Origin: a virus
IMG/VR virus record: IMGVR_UViG_3300005825_000044
Coordinates: 35,962-99,961 of that record
Direction: 5' to 3' (one strand)
DNA length: 64,000 nucleotides
A model generated the notes under the pieces. That model did no database searches. It was not told where the DNA came from and saw nothing but the letters and a program-made list of their open reading frames with translations. Every line of letters begins with the position of its first letter. Within the stretch, counting starts at the first letter, position 1. The translations under genes and the position numbers were made by a program. Below are positions 32,081 to 41,786 of the stretch, piece after piece.

Positions 32081-34380
32081 GTGACCGTCCTCCGTTCCGT
32101 GATCCTACGCAGGGGGACGCGCTGAGTGATAGCCCGCGACGGAACTCGCTCGGTCACACGCCACGACGACTCCCTGTACGGCGAGAGTACCTGGCCGCGC
32201 GCGAGCGGGACGATCTGCCCGACTGTCGTTTCGCTGCTGCCGGAGAACGTGTCGCCCACGAGCCCCGCTGCTGACTGAACAACACCACCAACCGTCGTGC
32301 TGCTCGTGCCCTGGACCTCCACCACAGTCGCGGTCGACGAGACGACCTGACCCACAGTCGTGCTGCTCGAGCCTTGGACGGCAACATCCGCAGTCGCGCT
32401 CTGCGTGACACCACCCACCGTCGTGCTGCTAGTGGCGTTGACGGTGTCGTCGACATCCGCGGTCGCGCTCTGCGTGACTTGACCGACGGTCGTGCTGCTC
32501 GTTGCACCGACCTCCACCACGGTCGCGGTCGACGGGGTGACGCCGCCGACCGTCTCATCGCTGCTGCACTCGACCTCCACCGTCGTCGCAGTCGACGGGG
32601 TGACCTGACCAACCACCGTGTTGCTCGTTGCATCGACACCCACCGTCGCCGCAGTCGACGAGACGACCTGACCAACGGTCTCGTCGCTGCTGCCGGTGAT
32701 CTCCACCGTCGCAGCAGTCGACGGGGTGACGCCGCCGACAGTGGTGCTGGACTCTCCGAAAATAGAGTCGCCAACCTCTGCGGTAGCGCTCTGCGTGACA
32801 CCACCCACCGTCGTGCTGCTAGTGGCGCCGACCCCCACCGTCGTCGCAGTCGACGGGGTGACTTGGCCCACGGTCTCGTCGCTACTGCACTCGACCCCCA
32901 CCGTCGTCGCAGTCGACGGGGTGACTTGACCCACCGTCGTGCTGCTCGTGCCTTGGACATCCACCGTCGCAGCGGTCGACGAGGTGACTTGACCCACCGT
33001 CGTGCTGCTGCTGCCCCCAACGGCTACCTCTGAGACGGTGCTCTGCGTGATCTGACCGACGGTCGTGCTGCTCGTGCCTTGGACATCCACCGTCGCAGCG
33101 GTCGACGAGACAACCTGACCAACAGTCGTGCTGCTCGTGCTCTCGACCTCCACGGTCGTCGCAGTCGACGGAGTGACTTGACCCACCGTCGTGCTGCTCG
33201 TGCCGGTAATCTCGGAACCGACATCCGCGGTCGCACTCTGCGTGACTTGACCGACGGTCGTGCTGCTCGTGCCTTGGACATCCACAGTCGTCGCAGTCGA
33301 CGGGGTGACCTGGCCAACCACCGTGTTGCTCGTTGCATCGACACCCACAGTCGTCGCAGTCGACGGGGTGACTTGACCGACGGTCGTGCTGCTCGTTGCA
33401 TTGACGTCGACCCCTGTAGCGGTCGACGAGGTGACCTGACCCACAGTCGTGCTGCTCGTTGCACCGACCCCCACCGTCGTCGCAGTTGACGGGGTGATGC
33501 CGCCGACGGTCTCGTCACTGCTGCACTCGACCTCCACCGTCGCCGCAGTCGACGAGACGACCTGACCAACAGTCGTGCTGCTCGTGCCTTGGACATCCAC
33601 CGTCGCAGCGGTAGACGGGGTGACCTGACCCACAGTCGTGCTGCTCGTTGCACCGACCCCCACCGTCGTCGCGGTCGACGGGGTGACCTGGCCAACAGTC
33701 GTGCTGCTCGAGCCCTCAGTACCGCTGCTGATCGACGGGTCGGGCTCTGTCGAGTCGGTCTGAAGCGTGCCGGTTACCGAGTAGTTGCCGCCCGTGCCGA
33801 GGTTCGTGCCCGCGTTCGTGGGCGAGTCAAAGTCGTGCTCGGCCTGCGAGGTACCCGGAAACGAGAAGCTCGCAGACGCGGTCAGGAGAGCCGCATCCGA
33901 AAGGCGCGACGCTTCGAAGATCCAAGAACGGATCGAGACGTCGTCGCACGCCTCGCCGAAGCCGTTGACCCCGTACCGCGCCTCGAAGTTGGCGCCGTCG
34001 ATCTCGGTGCCGGTGTCTAGCGATAGCGAGGTGAAAGAGGTCTCGCCCTGCTTTCGGATCTTTAGATCGTAGACGCTCGTGCCACCTGTGTGCTGGATCC
34101 CAACGAACAGCCAAGAGGTGTCGGAGCTGCTCAACAGGGTGACGGTGTCGAGCGTGCCGCCGTCCCAGAGGTTCGCCTCGATGGCATCCGCGGCGGCGTT
34201 CTGCTGGATCAGGCACCCCTGACCGCCGTCGTCGTAGCTCGTGACTGTGCCGTAGCCCGTCGAATAGACGGCGTTCTTGAACCACCCGTAGCGCGTCCAA
34301 GATCCGGTTGGACTCGGCGAGTTGCTCGTGCCGCTGTCGATGTGGACGCTGCTGCCGTTTACGATCCGAACGCTCGTCAC
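32077..34380 (-). CDS. Fibre-like protein: LamG-like N-terminal domain plus Ser/Thr/Val 21-aa repeats
   Basis: N-terminal WT..GWFK...SWLFVGIQH is ConA/LamG-like; about 24 repeats of SSTTVGQVTPSTATTVxVxxT. Confidence 0.75.
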   Translation of the reverse strand: MTSVRIVNGSSVHIDSGTSNSPSPTGSWTRYGWFKNAVYSTGYGTVTSYDDGGQGCLIQQNAAADAIEANLWDGGTLDTVTLLSSSDTSWLFVGIQHTGGTSVYDLKIRKQGETSFTSLSLDTGTEIDGANFEARYGVNGFGEACDDVSIRSWIFEASRLSDAALLTASASFSFPGTSQAEHDFDSPTNAGTNLGTGGNYSVTGTLQTDSTEPDPSISSGTEGSSSTTVGQVTPSTATTVGVGATSSTTVGQVTPSTAATVDVQGTSSTTVGQVVSSTAATVEVECSSDETVGGITPSTATTVGVGATSSTTVGQVTSSTATGVDVNATSSTTVGQVTPSTATTVGVDATSNTVVGQVTPSTATTVDVQGTSSTTVGQVTQSATADVGSEITGTSSTTVGQVTPSTATTVEVESTSSTTVGQVVSSTAATVDVQGTSSTTVGQITQSTVSEVAVGGSSSTTVGQVTSSTAATVDVQGTSSTTVGQVTPSTATTVGVECSSDETVGQVTPSTATTVGVGATSSTTVGGVTQSATAEVGDSIFGESSTTVGGVTPSTAATVEITGSSDETVGQVVSSTAATVGVDATSNTVVGQVTPSTATTVEVECSSDETVGGVTPSTATVVEVGATSSTTVGQVTQSATADVDDTVNATSSTTVGGVTQSATADVAVQGSSSTTVGQVVSSTATVVEVQGTSSTTVGGVVQSAAGLVGDTFSGSSETTVGQIVPLARGQVLSPYRESSWRVTERVPSRAITQRVPLRRITERRTVT
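32200..33712 (-). repeat. Intragenic 63-bp (occasionally 69-bp) tandem repeat, about 24 copies
   Basis: Counted from the translation; DNA unit e.g. CCACCGTCGTCGCAGTCGACGGGGTGACTTGACC...GTGCTGCTCGT. Confidence 0.92.
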
Positions 34381-34634
34381 GACCTACCCCGCGGGCGCCC
34401 GAGCAGCGTCTTCGCCTCGGTGAGGCCAAACGCGATGCCGCCAGCGATCAGCCGATAGACTTCGTTCGGCGTACACCCGAGCCGCCGCGCACACTCTGCA
34501 AGCGTTAGCCCGAGCCGCTGCTTTTCGGCGCGAAACTCAGCAGATTCCGGCGTGTCGTTCCAGGCCGGCAGATCCTGCCCGAAGCGGCGCACCGTGCGTG
34601 TTGGCGTGCGGGTGTTTGAGACGTTGAGCGGCAC
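34377..34634 (-). CDS. Small XRE-like HTH protein
   Basis: KQRLGLTLAECARRLGCTPNEVYRLIAG. Confidence 0.55.
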   Translation of the reverse strand: MPLNVSNTRTPTRTVRRFGQDLPAWNDTPESAEFRAEKQRLGLTLAECARRLGCTPNEVYRLIAGGIAFGLTEAKTLLGRPRGRS

Positions 34635-34684
34635 GTTGGAGCCTCGCTTGCGACGGGTCCGGAACGGCCGCCGCCGTCAGAGAC

Positions 34685-35092
34685 TTACGCGCCGGCGATC
34701 GTCTTCTGCCAGGTAGTGATCGTCACAGGCTGACCCGCGTTGATCGACGTGTTCTGAACCTCGAGGTCGCCTCCACCACTCGTCACAGTCACGGTGCCCT
34801 GCTCGTGGCAGGTCGTGCCGTCCGAAGCATACAGCCGGTAGTACTGCGCGGTCCCCGTCGCGTCGGCGGACGCGTCCTGCCAGGTACCAGCCTTCGCACC
34901 GACGCCACCGGAGAACGCCGCCATCCAGTCAGACGGCAGGTTGAGAGTCGCGAGCACCGTGCCGGCGTCCGCAGTCGCGCAGTCGGCGGGCTTCGTACCG
35001 TCGAAGATCTTCAAGATCGCCGAGGTCCCGATCGTGGACTCGATCGAGTTGCCCATCGCGTTGCGAACTGCGTCAGAGAACTGAACGGTCAT
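34685..35092 (-). CDS. Conserved small beta-rich virion protein (possible fibre subunit)
   Basis: AVRNA...IG.SAILKIFDGTKPADCATADAGTVLATLNLPSDW...DASADATGTAQYYRL...GGGDL..QNTSI..GQPVTIT; recalled as a widespread phage structural family. Confidence 0.7.
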   Translation of the reverse strand: MTVQFSDAVRNAMGNSIESTIGTSAILKIFDGTKPADCATADAGTVLATLNLPSDWMAAFSGGVGAKAGTWQDASADATGTAQYYRLYASDGTTCHEQGTVTVTSGGGDLEVQNTSINAGQPVTITTWQKTIAGA

Positions 35093-35168
35093 GATGCAGG
35101 GCTCCTTTTGGCTTGCCCCGGCAGAATCGCCCAGCGACTACAAGTTCCGCAACGTCGTGACAGCGCCG

Positions 35169-35855
35169 CTATGAGAAGTCGCGGCGCTCGACGAACAACG
35201 CGGACGCGACGCGGGTCAGCCTGTACAGCGTACCCGTGGTGCGCGGGCCGGAGTCGCCACCGCTCAGGATGGTGGCGCCGGGCGCGGAGAACGCGACCGT
35301 GCCGTTGCCCTGCACGTACACGTCAACCCTGCCACCGGGCCGAAGACCGCGGAGCGAGACCGTCGTGTTCTGCGAGATCACGACGTGCGCGACCCCGGTC
35401 ATGCGCGCGTTGATCAGCGCGGCCCCGCCTGAAGCGACGACCGTGTCGACCTCGACCTCGAGCGCGCCGACGCGCGCCCTGCCGAGCACCTCGAGGTCAC
35501 CCGCGACGCGGTAGCCGTTCTCCGTGCGTCGCGCCGACGGGACGCGGTCCACGAGCACGGTGCCGGCCCGCACGAAGACCAGGAACAGCGTCGGGCCCAC
35601 CTCGTAGGGCTGCTCCGGCGGAAGCTCCGCCCCGGGCCTGCTGTTGACGTGGAGCGCAGCGCCCCAGTCGATGCCGCTCACCGGAGAGCCGTCGACCTGC
35701 TCGACGAACAGCCTGAGGTTCGTGCCGTTGACCGGGCCAGAGAACGAGACGACCTCGCCGGGCTGGTCGAGCCTGCACTCCACCTCCGGCGCCGACCCGT
35801 CCGCGGGGACCTCGAACGATCCGGAGACCCTATCGATTACGGTACGCTGCATCAC
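35169..35855 (-). CDS. Tail fibre-associated protein
   Basis: Beta-rich 228 aa; ATGA overlap with the fibre gene. Confidence 0.55.
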   Translation of the reverse strand: MMQRTVIDRVSGSFEVPADGSAPEVECRLDQPGEVVSFSGPVNGTNLRLFVEQVDGSPVSGIDWGAALHVNSRPGAELPPEQPYEVGPTLFLVFVRAGTVLVDRVPSARRTENGYRVAGDLEVLGRARVGALEVEVDTVVASGGAALINARMTGVAHVVISQNTTVSLRGLRPGGRVDVYVQGNGTVAFSAPGATILSGGDSGPRTTGTLYRLTRVASALFVERRDFS

Positions 35856-38800
35856 TCCACCGCCCGCGCGTAGCAGACCATCCGGTTACCGCTCCCCGCA
35901 CCCAGTGACCACGGACCGGCTCCGGTCAGTGCACCGCTGGTGGTCCGGGTCCCGTTGGCGTTCGTGTTGCTGGTGTCCGTGTCGCCGAGCCCGTTGCCCT
36001 GGGTAGTGGCCATGTCGCGGCGGTGACCGGCCCACAACGCGACACCGCCGTCGACCCACTGGCCGGCCCCGCTGTTGAAGCCGTTCGTGTTCCGCTTCAC
36101 ACCCGTCGTCGTCAGGTCGTCCAGCGTGCCGTCCGCAACGATCTTGTTGAGCGTCGGGAGCGAGCCGGGAACCGGGGGTGCCGCGGAGTACGCCAGCGCG
36201 ACCTCCGCGGTCTGAGCGCCGCTCCCCGCACTGCCGACCTCGAACTCGACGTACATGATCCGCATCGCCCGCGGCGTGATCCCGAGGTAGGTCCAGTACG
36301 CGGTGTCGGCGACGACCGTGTTCGACCCCGCGTCGTTCGGGAACCGCGCCGGCCCGAGCACGAGGTCGACCCCGCCGGCGAGGTGCGGTGCCACGACGCA
36401 CCACCGCTGAGTCGTCGTGTCGTAGACGATCTCGAGCACCGGAGTGTGCGGCGACAGGATGGCCCCGGTCGGGTTGAGGATGCGTGCAGTCGCAGCGCTG
36501 CCGGTGTCCTCGCTCGGCAACCTGCACCAGCCGTCGGTACCGAAGAACCGCAGCGTCTTCTTGTATCGGGACGACAGGTTTCCGACTGGCGGGTCGAATC
36601 CAGTGATCACGATCCCGGCAGCGGTCGTCGAGAATCTCCAGACATCCGCGGTGTCCCAGCCAGAGGGACCGAAGTCGTCCTGGGTCGCGCTCAGCCCAGT
36701 CGACGTCCCGTACGACAGCACCTCGTTGACCGGGACCGAGAATCCCCCGTCAGCGCTGAGGAACGCGCCGGCTGCCGCCGCGCCGGCCCCGGGCGCGGGA
36801 ACGAGCCCCTTAGTACCGCCAGCACCGCTGTCCCCGACGAACGCGTCGATGATGGCGGTCGCCTGTGCGGACGAGAGGTCCGTGGGGGCACCGGTGCCGG
36901 CCCCGTCAGCGCGACCCTTCAGGGTCTTCTGCGCCATGTTCGCGAGCTTCGCGTTCGTGACGGCAGAGTTGACGATCTTCGTCGTGGTCACAGCGTCTGC
37001 CACGATCGCAAACGAGCCGCTCGAGACCGCGACGTCGCCGTACGTGCCGTCAGGGAGGTCCGTGGTGGCGGGCCGCTTGTAGGTGCCGTCTGCGTGCAGG
37101 TACTTCTTGCCCGCCGCGTCCCCGGCCGCCGGTGCCGGAACCATGCCCTTCGTTCCACCGGACCCGGAGTCGCCGACGAACGCGTTGGGGATCGCCGTGA
37201 GCTGGGCCGCGTCGAGGTCTACAGGGTCGCCGGTGCCGGCCCCGACCGCGCGGCCCTTCACGGTAGCCTCGGCCATGTTCGAGAGCTTCGCGTTCGTGAC
37301 CGCGTCGTCGTCGATCGTCATCGTCGTGCCGCTGCCGCCGACTGTAACGTCGCCGTAGTCGCCGTCGGCGAGCCCGCTAGCGGAGACCTCAGCGACGTTG
37401 TTCCAGACCGCGGCGCCCACAGAGGGGTCGACGCAGACCCAGACCTCCTCCTCGGTCGGGTCGATCCAGTAGCTCCCGGTCTCGTAGCCGGCGCTCGAGT
37501 CGTCGTTGACCCCGGGTGGACCCGACGCGCTGCGGTTCGACTTCGGCTGCAGGCCGGGGCCCTCCGAGCTGACCAGCGCAGACGGGGACAGCACGCGCCA
37601 CCGCGCGGTCGACGTGTCGTAGACGACAGCGACGCTGCCGCCCGCCGGGATGTACACGGCGTCCCCGCCGGGGGTCAGGAACCGGTTAGCCCCAGTGCTG
37701 CTGGAAGAGTCGTTGGGCAGCACGATCCCGCGCCCAGTCGACGCCGCGTTGACGTTCTCGATCGTCACGACGCGGCCGTCCTGGGATGCAGCGAGGAGCC
37801 CGGTCACCTGCCGGCCGTCAGCGTCGCTGCTCAGGCGGATCCGGGTAGCAGTCGTCACACCCGACGGAGTGAAGTCGTTCACGTCCGAGGTCAGCCCGCC
37901 GACCGGCGTGATGTCGTTCCCGAGCACGAAGCGGTTCGGGATGTCGCCGGGCTCCGCGCCGACGATGCTCGTACCGGACCGCCGCAGCTCCTGGCCGTTC
38001 GCGACGGCGCCCATCGACAGGAGCGTGCCGCCGCTCTCCCGAACACCGCGGACGTCGGGGCTCGCTGCGGTACCGCCGAGCTGCCCGGCGAGGGCCACGA
38101 CGTCCGCGTCGCTGATCGCAGCGTTCAGCTCGGCGAGGGTCCCCGCGACGAGGTTCGCGACCGAGGTGGCGTGCGGGTTCGCGGTGTCCGCGACGTGGGC
38201 GTTGATCGCGGTGAGCAGCGCGTCGAGCGCGGCCGCGACTGTGGCACCTGACACCGAGCTGTCGTTGCCGACCAGGCTCGCGACGTAGTCGTTGATCACG
38301 GCGACGACTGCGCCGATCCGGCCGAACACGCTGCTCACCGGAGCCGCGCCGGCGGCCGCCGTGTCGACGTACAGCTTCGTCGCGAGGTGGGTGTCCGCAG
38401 TAGGTGTAGCGCCGGCCACGGGCGCGCTGAACGCGCGAGACCCGTCCGCGAGCGAGTACTGAGGGTGGTCGTCGTCGGTCCTGCCGGTCAGCGCGCCGTG
38501 GTCCGTGACGCCGCCCACGATCGCGTCGACCTCCTCCACCAGCTCACGGATCGAGCGGACCCAACCCTCGACGGTCCCTCCGGGGTTGCGCTCGGTCTTC
38601 GCGATGACCGCTGCACCGTCGTTGAGCAGCGACGCAGTGGGGTCGCCGCGCTCGTTGAGCGCCGGGACCTGGAGCCCGCGGTTCGGGCTCGGCACACCGG
38701 CGATCAGGACAAGCTCCTCGGTCGTGACCCCGTCGGTGCGGACGAGCCGGACCCGGAACGGTCCCCACGCGCCGGCGTCCCAGTCGATCTGCCACACCGT

Positions 38801-39025
38801 CGGGCTGTTCTGGCTCAGGACAGAGTTGGCACCGCCGCCGCTGCGCGGCTCGTCCAGGACCTCGAACGTGTCCGCGAAGCTGCCGCCCGCGGGGTCCGTG
38901 ACGGTGAGCACGACGGGGTGAGCGGCACCGCCGCCGGCGTCTGCGGAGGAGAGGTCCTCTCGGGCGCGCCCGGCGACGCCGGCGCTGAGACCCGCGCCGG
39001 GCTGGTCGATCTTGAAGCTCGTCAC
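35852..39025 (-). CDS. Long tail fibre protein (1057 aa) with duplicated modules
   Basis: DHGALTGRTDDDHPQY, HLATKLYVD, VSSVFGRIGAV, and two copies of DG.YGDV.V...DAVT.AKL.NMA..T.KGRA.GAGTG.P.DL...AFVGDSG.GGTKG.VPAP. Confidence 0.85.
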   Translation of the reverse strand: MTSFKIDQPGAGLSAGVAGRAREDLSSADAGGGAAHPVVLTVTDPAGGSFADTFEVLDEPRSGGGANSVLSQNSPTVWQIDWDAGAWGPFRVRLVRTDGVTTEELVLIAGVPSPNRGLQVPALNERGDPTASLLNDGAAVIAKTERNPGGTVEGWVRSIRELVEEVDAIVGGVTDHGALTGRTDDDHPQYSLADGSRAFSAPVAGATPTADTHLATKLYVDTAAAGAAPVSSVFGRIGAVVAVINDYVASLVGNDSSVSGATVAAALDALLTAINAHVADTANPHATSVANLVAGTLAELNAAISDADVVALAGQLGGTAASPDVRGVRESGGTLLSMGAVANGQELRRSGTSIVGAEPGDIPNRFVLGNDITPVGGLTSDVNDFTPSGVTTATRIRLSSDADGRQVTGLLAASQDGRVVTIENVNAASTGRGIVLPNDSSSSTGANRFLTPGGDAVYIPAGGSVAVVYDTSTARWRVLSPSALVSSEGPGLQPKSNRSASGPPGVNDDSSAGYETGSYWIDPTEEEVWVCVDPSVGAAVWNNVAEVSASGLADGDYGDVTVGGSGTTMTIDDDAVTNAKLSNMAEATVKGRAVGAGTGDPVDLDAAQLTAIPNAFVGDSGSGGTKGMVPAPAAGDAAGKKYLHADGTYKRPATTDLPDGTYGDVAVSSGSFAIVADAVTTTKIVNSAVTNAKLANMAQKTLKGRADGAGTGAPTDLSSAQATAIIDAFVGDSGAGGTKGLVPAPGAGAAAAGAFLSADGGFSVPVNEVLSYGTSTGLSATQDDFGPSGWDTADVWRFSTTAAGIVITGFDPPVGNLSSRYKKTLRFFGTDGWCRLPSEDTGSAATARILNPTGAILSPHTPVLEIVYDTTTQRWCVVAPHLAGGVDLVLGPARFPNDAGSNTVVADTAYWTYLGITPRAMRIMYVEFEVGSAGSGAQTAEVALAYSAAPPVPGSLPTLNKIVADGTLDDLTTTGVKRNTNGFNSGAGQWVDGGVALWAGHRRDMATTQGNGLGDTDTSNTNANGTRTTSGALTGAGPWSLGAGSGNRMVCYARAVE

Positions 39026-39058
39026 CCCGCGAGCATGCCGCGCGGCGCGCCGGATCGG

Positions 39059-39244
39059 CTAGGGGTCCGGCGTGTCTCCTCGAGGAGACACGTCCCCGCT
39101 CTCCTCCACCAGGCAGATGCCGTCGAGCCTGATACCGTCGCCGTCGACGAACTCGTCGTACGGGTCACCGGCAGCCCTGAGCTTGTCAGCGATCTCGCGG
39201 TACGCGCTCGAGCTGACCTCAAGCTTGGCGTACGTCTTCGTCAT
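39059..39244 (-). CDS. Small hypothetical protein
   Basis: MTKTYAKLEVS...; last codons contain palindrome copy 6. Confidence 0.55.
   Translation of the reverse strand: MTKTYAKLEVSSSAYREIADKLRAAGDPYDEFVDGDGIRLDGICLVEESGDVSPRGDTPDP
39072..39091. repeat. Palindrome family copy 6
   Basis: Exact match, about 45 bp upstream of the fibre operon start. Confidence 0.97.
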
Positions 39245-39485
39245 TCGGATCATCAGCAGACTCCTCTCCGGCGACCACCTGGTCATTTGCCAGGTGGAGA
39301 AGCAGCTTCCTCAAGTGTCCCTTGTCGACGGTGCCTGCCATGTTCGTCGACGCAGCCCCGCCGTCGTGCGGCAGCATGACCACGAGTAGGAACCTCGCGC
39401 CGGAGCCCGAGACCTGCCCGGCGACACTCCTGGCGACTCTGTTCGTCAGGTCGTCAACAATCTTATCGGTCTCGTCCTTCGTCAC
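39219..39485 (-). CDS. Hypothetical protein
   Basis: 88 aa. Confidence 0.5.
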   Translation of the reverse strand: MTKDETDKIVDDLTNRVARSVAGQVSGSGARFLLVVMLPHDGGAASTNMAGTVDKGHLRKLLLHLANDQVVAGEESADDPNDEDVRQA

Positions 39486-39489
39486 AGTG

Positions 39490-39891
39490 TCACCAGGCCG
39501 GGTAACCGACCCACAGCGGCAGCGTGTGGCCGGGGTCGCCGTTGTCGCGCATGCCGGAGCAGACCAGCAGCCAGTGCACGGCCTCGTGCCGCACCAGCAG
39601 CTCGAGCCCGTCGTTGAAGTACAGCCCGTCGTCGACCGAGATCACGCGCCGCACCGTGTCGTCGTCCTGCCAGTAGTACGAGCAGCCCAGCAGCTCTTCG
39701 TCGCAGATCCCGAACGTGTTCCCGACGTCGATCACAATGAGGTCGCGCTCCTCCACGCAGCGCTCCGGGGAGCCCCACTCCTCGACGATGTCGTCGAGCA
39801 TCTCGTCGATCGTCTCCGGTGCCGGGTTCTCCGCGACGCAGGAACACAGGGACGCCGCGACGCACGCGACAACCACCCCGGCGCGGTTCAC
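39490..39891 (-). CDS. Lipoprotein with zincin HExxH motif
   Basis: VVVACVAASLCSC lipobox; LLVRHEAVHWL...D.GH. Confidence 0.65.
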   Translation of the reverse strand: MNRAGVVVACVAASLCSCVAENPAPETIDEMLDDIVEEWGSPERCVEERDLIVIDVGNTFGICDEELLGCSYYWQDDDTVRRVISVDDGLYFNDGLELLVRHEAVHWLLVCSGMRDNGDPGHTLPLWVGYPAW

Positions 39892-40652
39892 GAAGACACC
39901 TCTTCGAACAGAGCCCATGTCCGGGGGAACGCGTCTGCGACAAGCTCCCCGACCGCGTCGGAGTACTGACGGATCTCCCACTGCGCGTTCGGAGCGGAGC
40001 GCAGCGTGATGAACGAGAGCCAGTTGCGGAGACACGTGCTCGCGCGCATCCGGGAGTACCGACCCACCGGTAGATGGACACGTGCCAGCTCTTTCGGCAC
40101 CCCGTCAGCGAGCGCGGAGTCGTAGAGCGCCTGGGCATTCTCGTAGGAGACGCGAAGCCTCTGCCTGAAAATCTCCGCCGTCGTCTCGGTGAGCACCGCG
40201 GACCCCGTGAGCGCGGCCGCCTGCCTGTTCGTCGCACTGCTCATCAGCAGGCGCTCGACCGTCGGGATGTAGTTCAGGTCCGGCAACGGCGAGTAGCGCG
40301 CCGACGCCTCGTTGTACGACTGCGTGCGGTGCCGGTGCCACTCCCTGAACACGAAGATAGGTGCCTGAACCTCGACCACGAGACCGCCGAACTCGAACGG
40401 TGTCGCATGCTGGTTCTCCACGAGGTAGCGCAGCAGCTTCTCGTCGCCGGGTAGCCACTTGTCGGGCCGTGAGCAATCGCTGAGGTGGTGGGCGAGGTCC
40501 GTGGTGCGCTTGTAGCCGCAGTCCGCGCAGCGCTCCCCCCAGCCCTTGAAGCCCTGCTGCGTCGACATCCGCGCAGACTCGACGACGCGCTCGTCAGATC
40601 CCCAGACGTCGACCAGCTTCACGTACCCGTGGTCGAGTAGATTCTTCATCAC
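39888..40652 (-). CDS. thyX: Flavin-dependent thymidylate synthase
   Basis: LDHGYVKLVD.WGSD..VVESARMS...H.TPFE...APIFVFREWHRHRT.SYNEASARY...LRNW..F..LR...AQWEIR. Confidence 0.96.
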   Translation of the reverse strand: MMKNLLDHGYVKLVDVWGSDERVVESARMSTQQGFKGWGERCADCGYKRTTDLAHHLSDCSRPDKWLPGDEKLLRYLVENQHATPFEFGGLVVEVQAPIFVFREWHRHRTQSYNEASARYSPLPDLNYIPTVERLLMSSATNRQAAALTGSAVLTETTAEIFRQRLRVSYENAQALYDSALADGVPKELARVHLPVGRYSRMRASTCLRNWLSFITLRSAPNAQWEIRQYSDAVGELVADAFPRTWALFEEVSS

Positions 40653-41086
40653 GCCGCTCCTGTCGGGATGTGAGGGGTCACCAGGGTGAAGCCCTCGTAC
40701 TCGTTGTGGCGCCGGGCCCGAAGGACGTAGAGCGCAAGCGCGCCGTCAGCCTCAGCGACCGCGCGCTTCGCGGAATCGAAGACGCGCTTCTGCTCCTCCC
40801 ACTCCTCGAGAAGCAGCGCGTTGGCAGCGACTACACCGCGGGCGTGCTCCGCGTAGCTCGCGGGGAGGTTGGAGATCTCCCCCTCCGAGAGCTGCGGCTG
40901 AACGCCGAAGTTCTCCGCCGTACCGGGGTCGAGGATCACGTAGGTCTTGAGGCGGTGCGCGACGACCTCCAGGCTCGCTCGGAGTAGCGCGTCGCGGTCC
41001 TCGCACAGGTAGTAGGACGGCGTGTGCTTCTCGTAGAGCACCAGGATCTTCGGCCACTCACTCTCTGTCACCCTCGGGTCAGTCAT
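40649..41086 (-). CDS. Hypothetical protein
   Basis: ATGA overlaps at both ends. Confidence 0.6.
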   Translation of the reverse strand: MTDPRVTESEWPKILVLYEKHTPSYYLCEDRDALLRASLEVVAHRLKTYVILDPGTAENFGVQPQLSEGEISNLPASYAEHARGVVAANALLLEEWEEQKRVFDSAKRAVAEADGALALYVLRARRHNEYEGFTLVTPHIPTGAA

Positions 41087-41328
41087 GTCCGGCACCTCTC
41101 GCAAAGCTTACCGGCGCAGCGCGCGCAGCGGCCGTGGTAAAGCTCCGACACGAGCAGCAGCTCGCCGCAGCACTCGCAACCCGGGGCGCACTGCTCGGGC
41201 TCGTCGTCGCGGACGCAACCCTCGGGCGTCGGCGCGACGTCTCGGCGCTCGACACCACCGCACTGCTGCTCGTGGACGCAGCGCTCCCGCGGCGTAGGGC
41301 AGCCCTCGCAGAGCCCGAAGCCGGTCAC
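41083..41328 (-). CDS. Small Cys-rich protein
   Basis: MTGFGLCEGC...CECC...CARC...CERC; GTGA overlap. Confidence 0.5.
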   Translation of the reverse strand: MTGFGLCEGCPTPRERCVHEQQCGGVERRDVAPTPEGCVRDDEPEQCAPGCECCGELLLVSELYHGRCARCAGKLCERCRT

Positions 41329-41786
41329 TTGCCGAACCCCGGGGTGTGCCGCGGGTACTCCCCGCGGATGTACGCGCCGATCGACTGCGGCGGCAGCGTC
41401 CTCGCCTCGGCGACGAGTTGGCCAGTCTTCCGGTGAAAGACGCTGAGGTACCCGGGGCCCGGTATGTAGTCGTCGCTGCGAAAGAAGGACTCCCAGGCAC
41501 GCTCCATCCCGGTAGGCTCGTCGTCCTTCCGCAGGCCCCACCCGAGGTCGACGTAGAACGCGCGGAGGTCAGCCTTCGCGGCCCACGCGAGCCCCGCCGC
41601 GACACCGAACTCGCGCTGCCGCGGGTCGGTGTCGTCGAGGAACTGCGTGAAGAACAGGTGGCTCGCGTACGCGGCCTCGCCACGCACGAAGCAGTCGTGC
41701 GCGCACCACAGCGCGTAGAGGCGGTTGCGCTCGTGGTCCTCGGGCGTTGCCGCGCGGAGCGGTGACTCAATCGCTACGAGTCTCAT
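41325..41786 (-). CDS. Nucleoside 2-deoxyribosyltransferase-like protein
   Basis: MRLVAIESP...N..YA.....DC..RGEAAYASHLFFTQFLDD..P.QR..G..AGLAW.....AFYVD.G....GM. Confidence 0.65.
   Translation of the reverse strand: MRLVAIESPLRAATPEDHERNRLYALWCAHDCFVRGEAAYASHLFFTQFLDDTDPRQREFGVAAGLAWAAKADLRAFYVDLGWGLRKDDEPTGMERAWESFFRSDDYIPGPGYLSVFHRKTGQLVAEARTLPPQSIGAYIRGEYPRHTPGFGK

Noticed and set aside
32200-33712. CRISPR-like reading of the 63-bp tandem repeat
   Set aside because: Degenerate, in frame, no unique spacers; it is a protein repeat.
3114-35142. Shared TGTAGTCGCTGG (minus strand) at 3114-3125 and 35131-35142 as a late promoter
   Set aside because: Only two copies and no shared upstream element found; too weak to call, but worth including in a motif scan.
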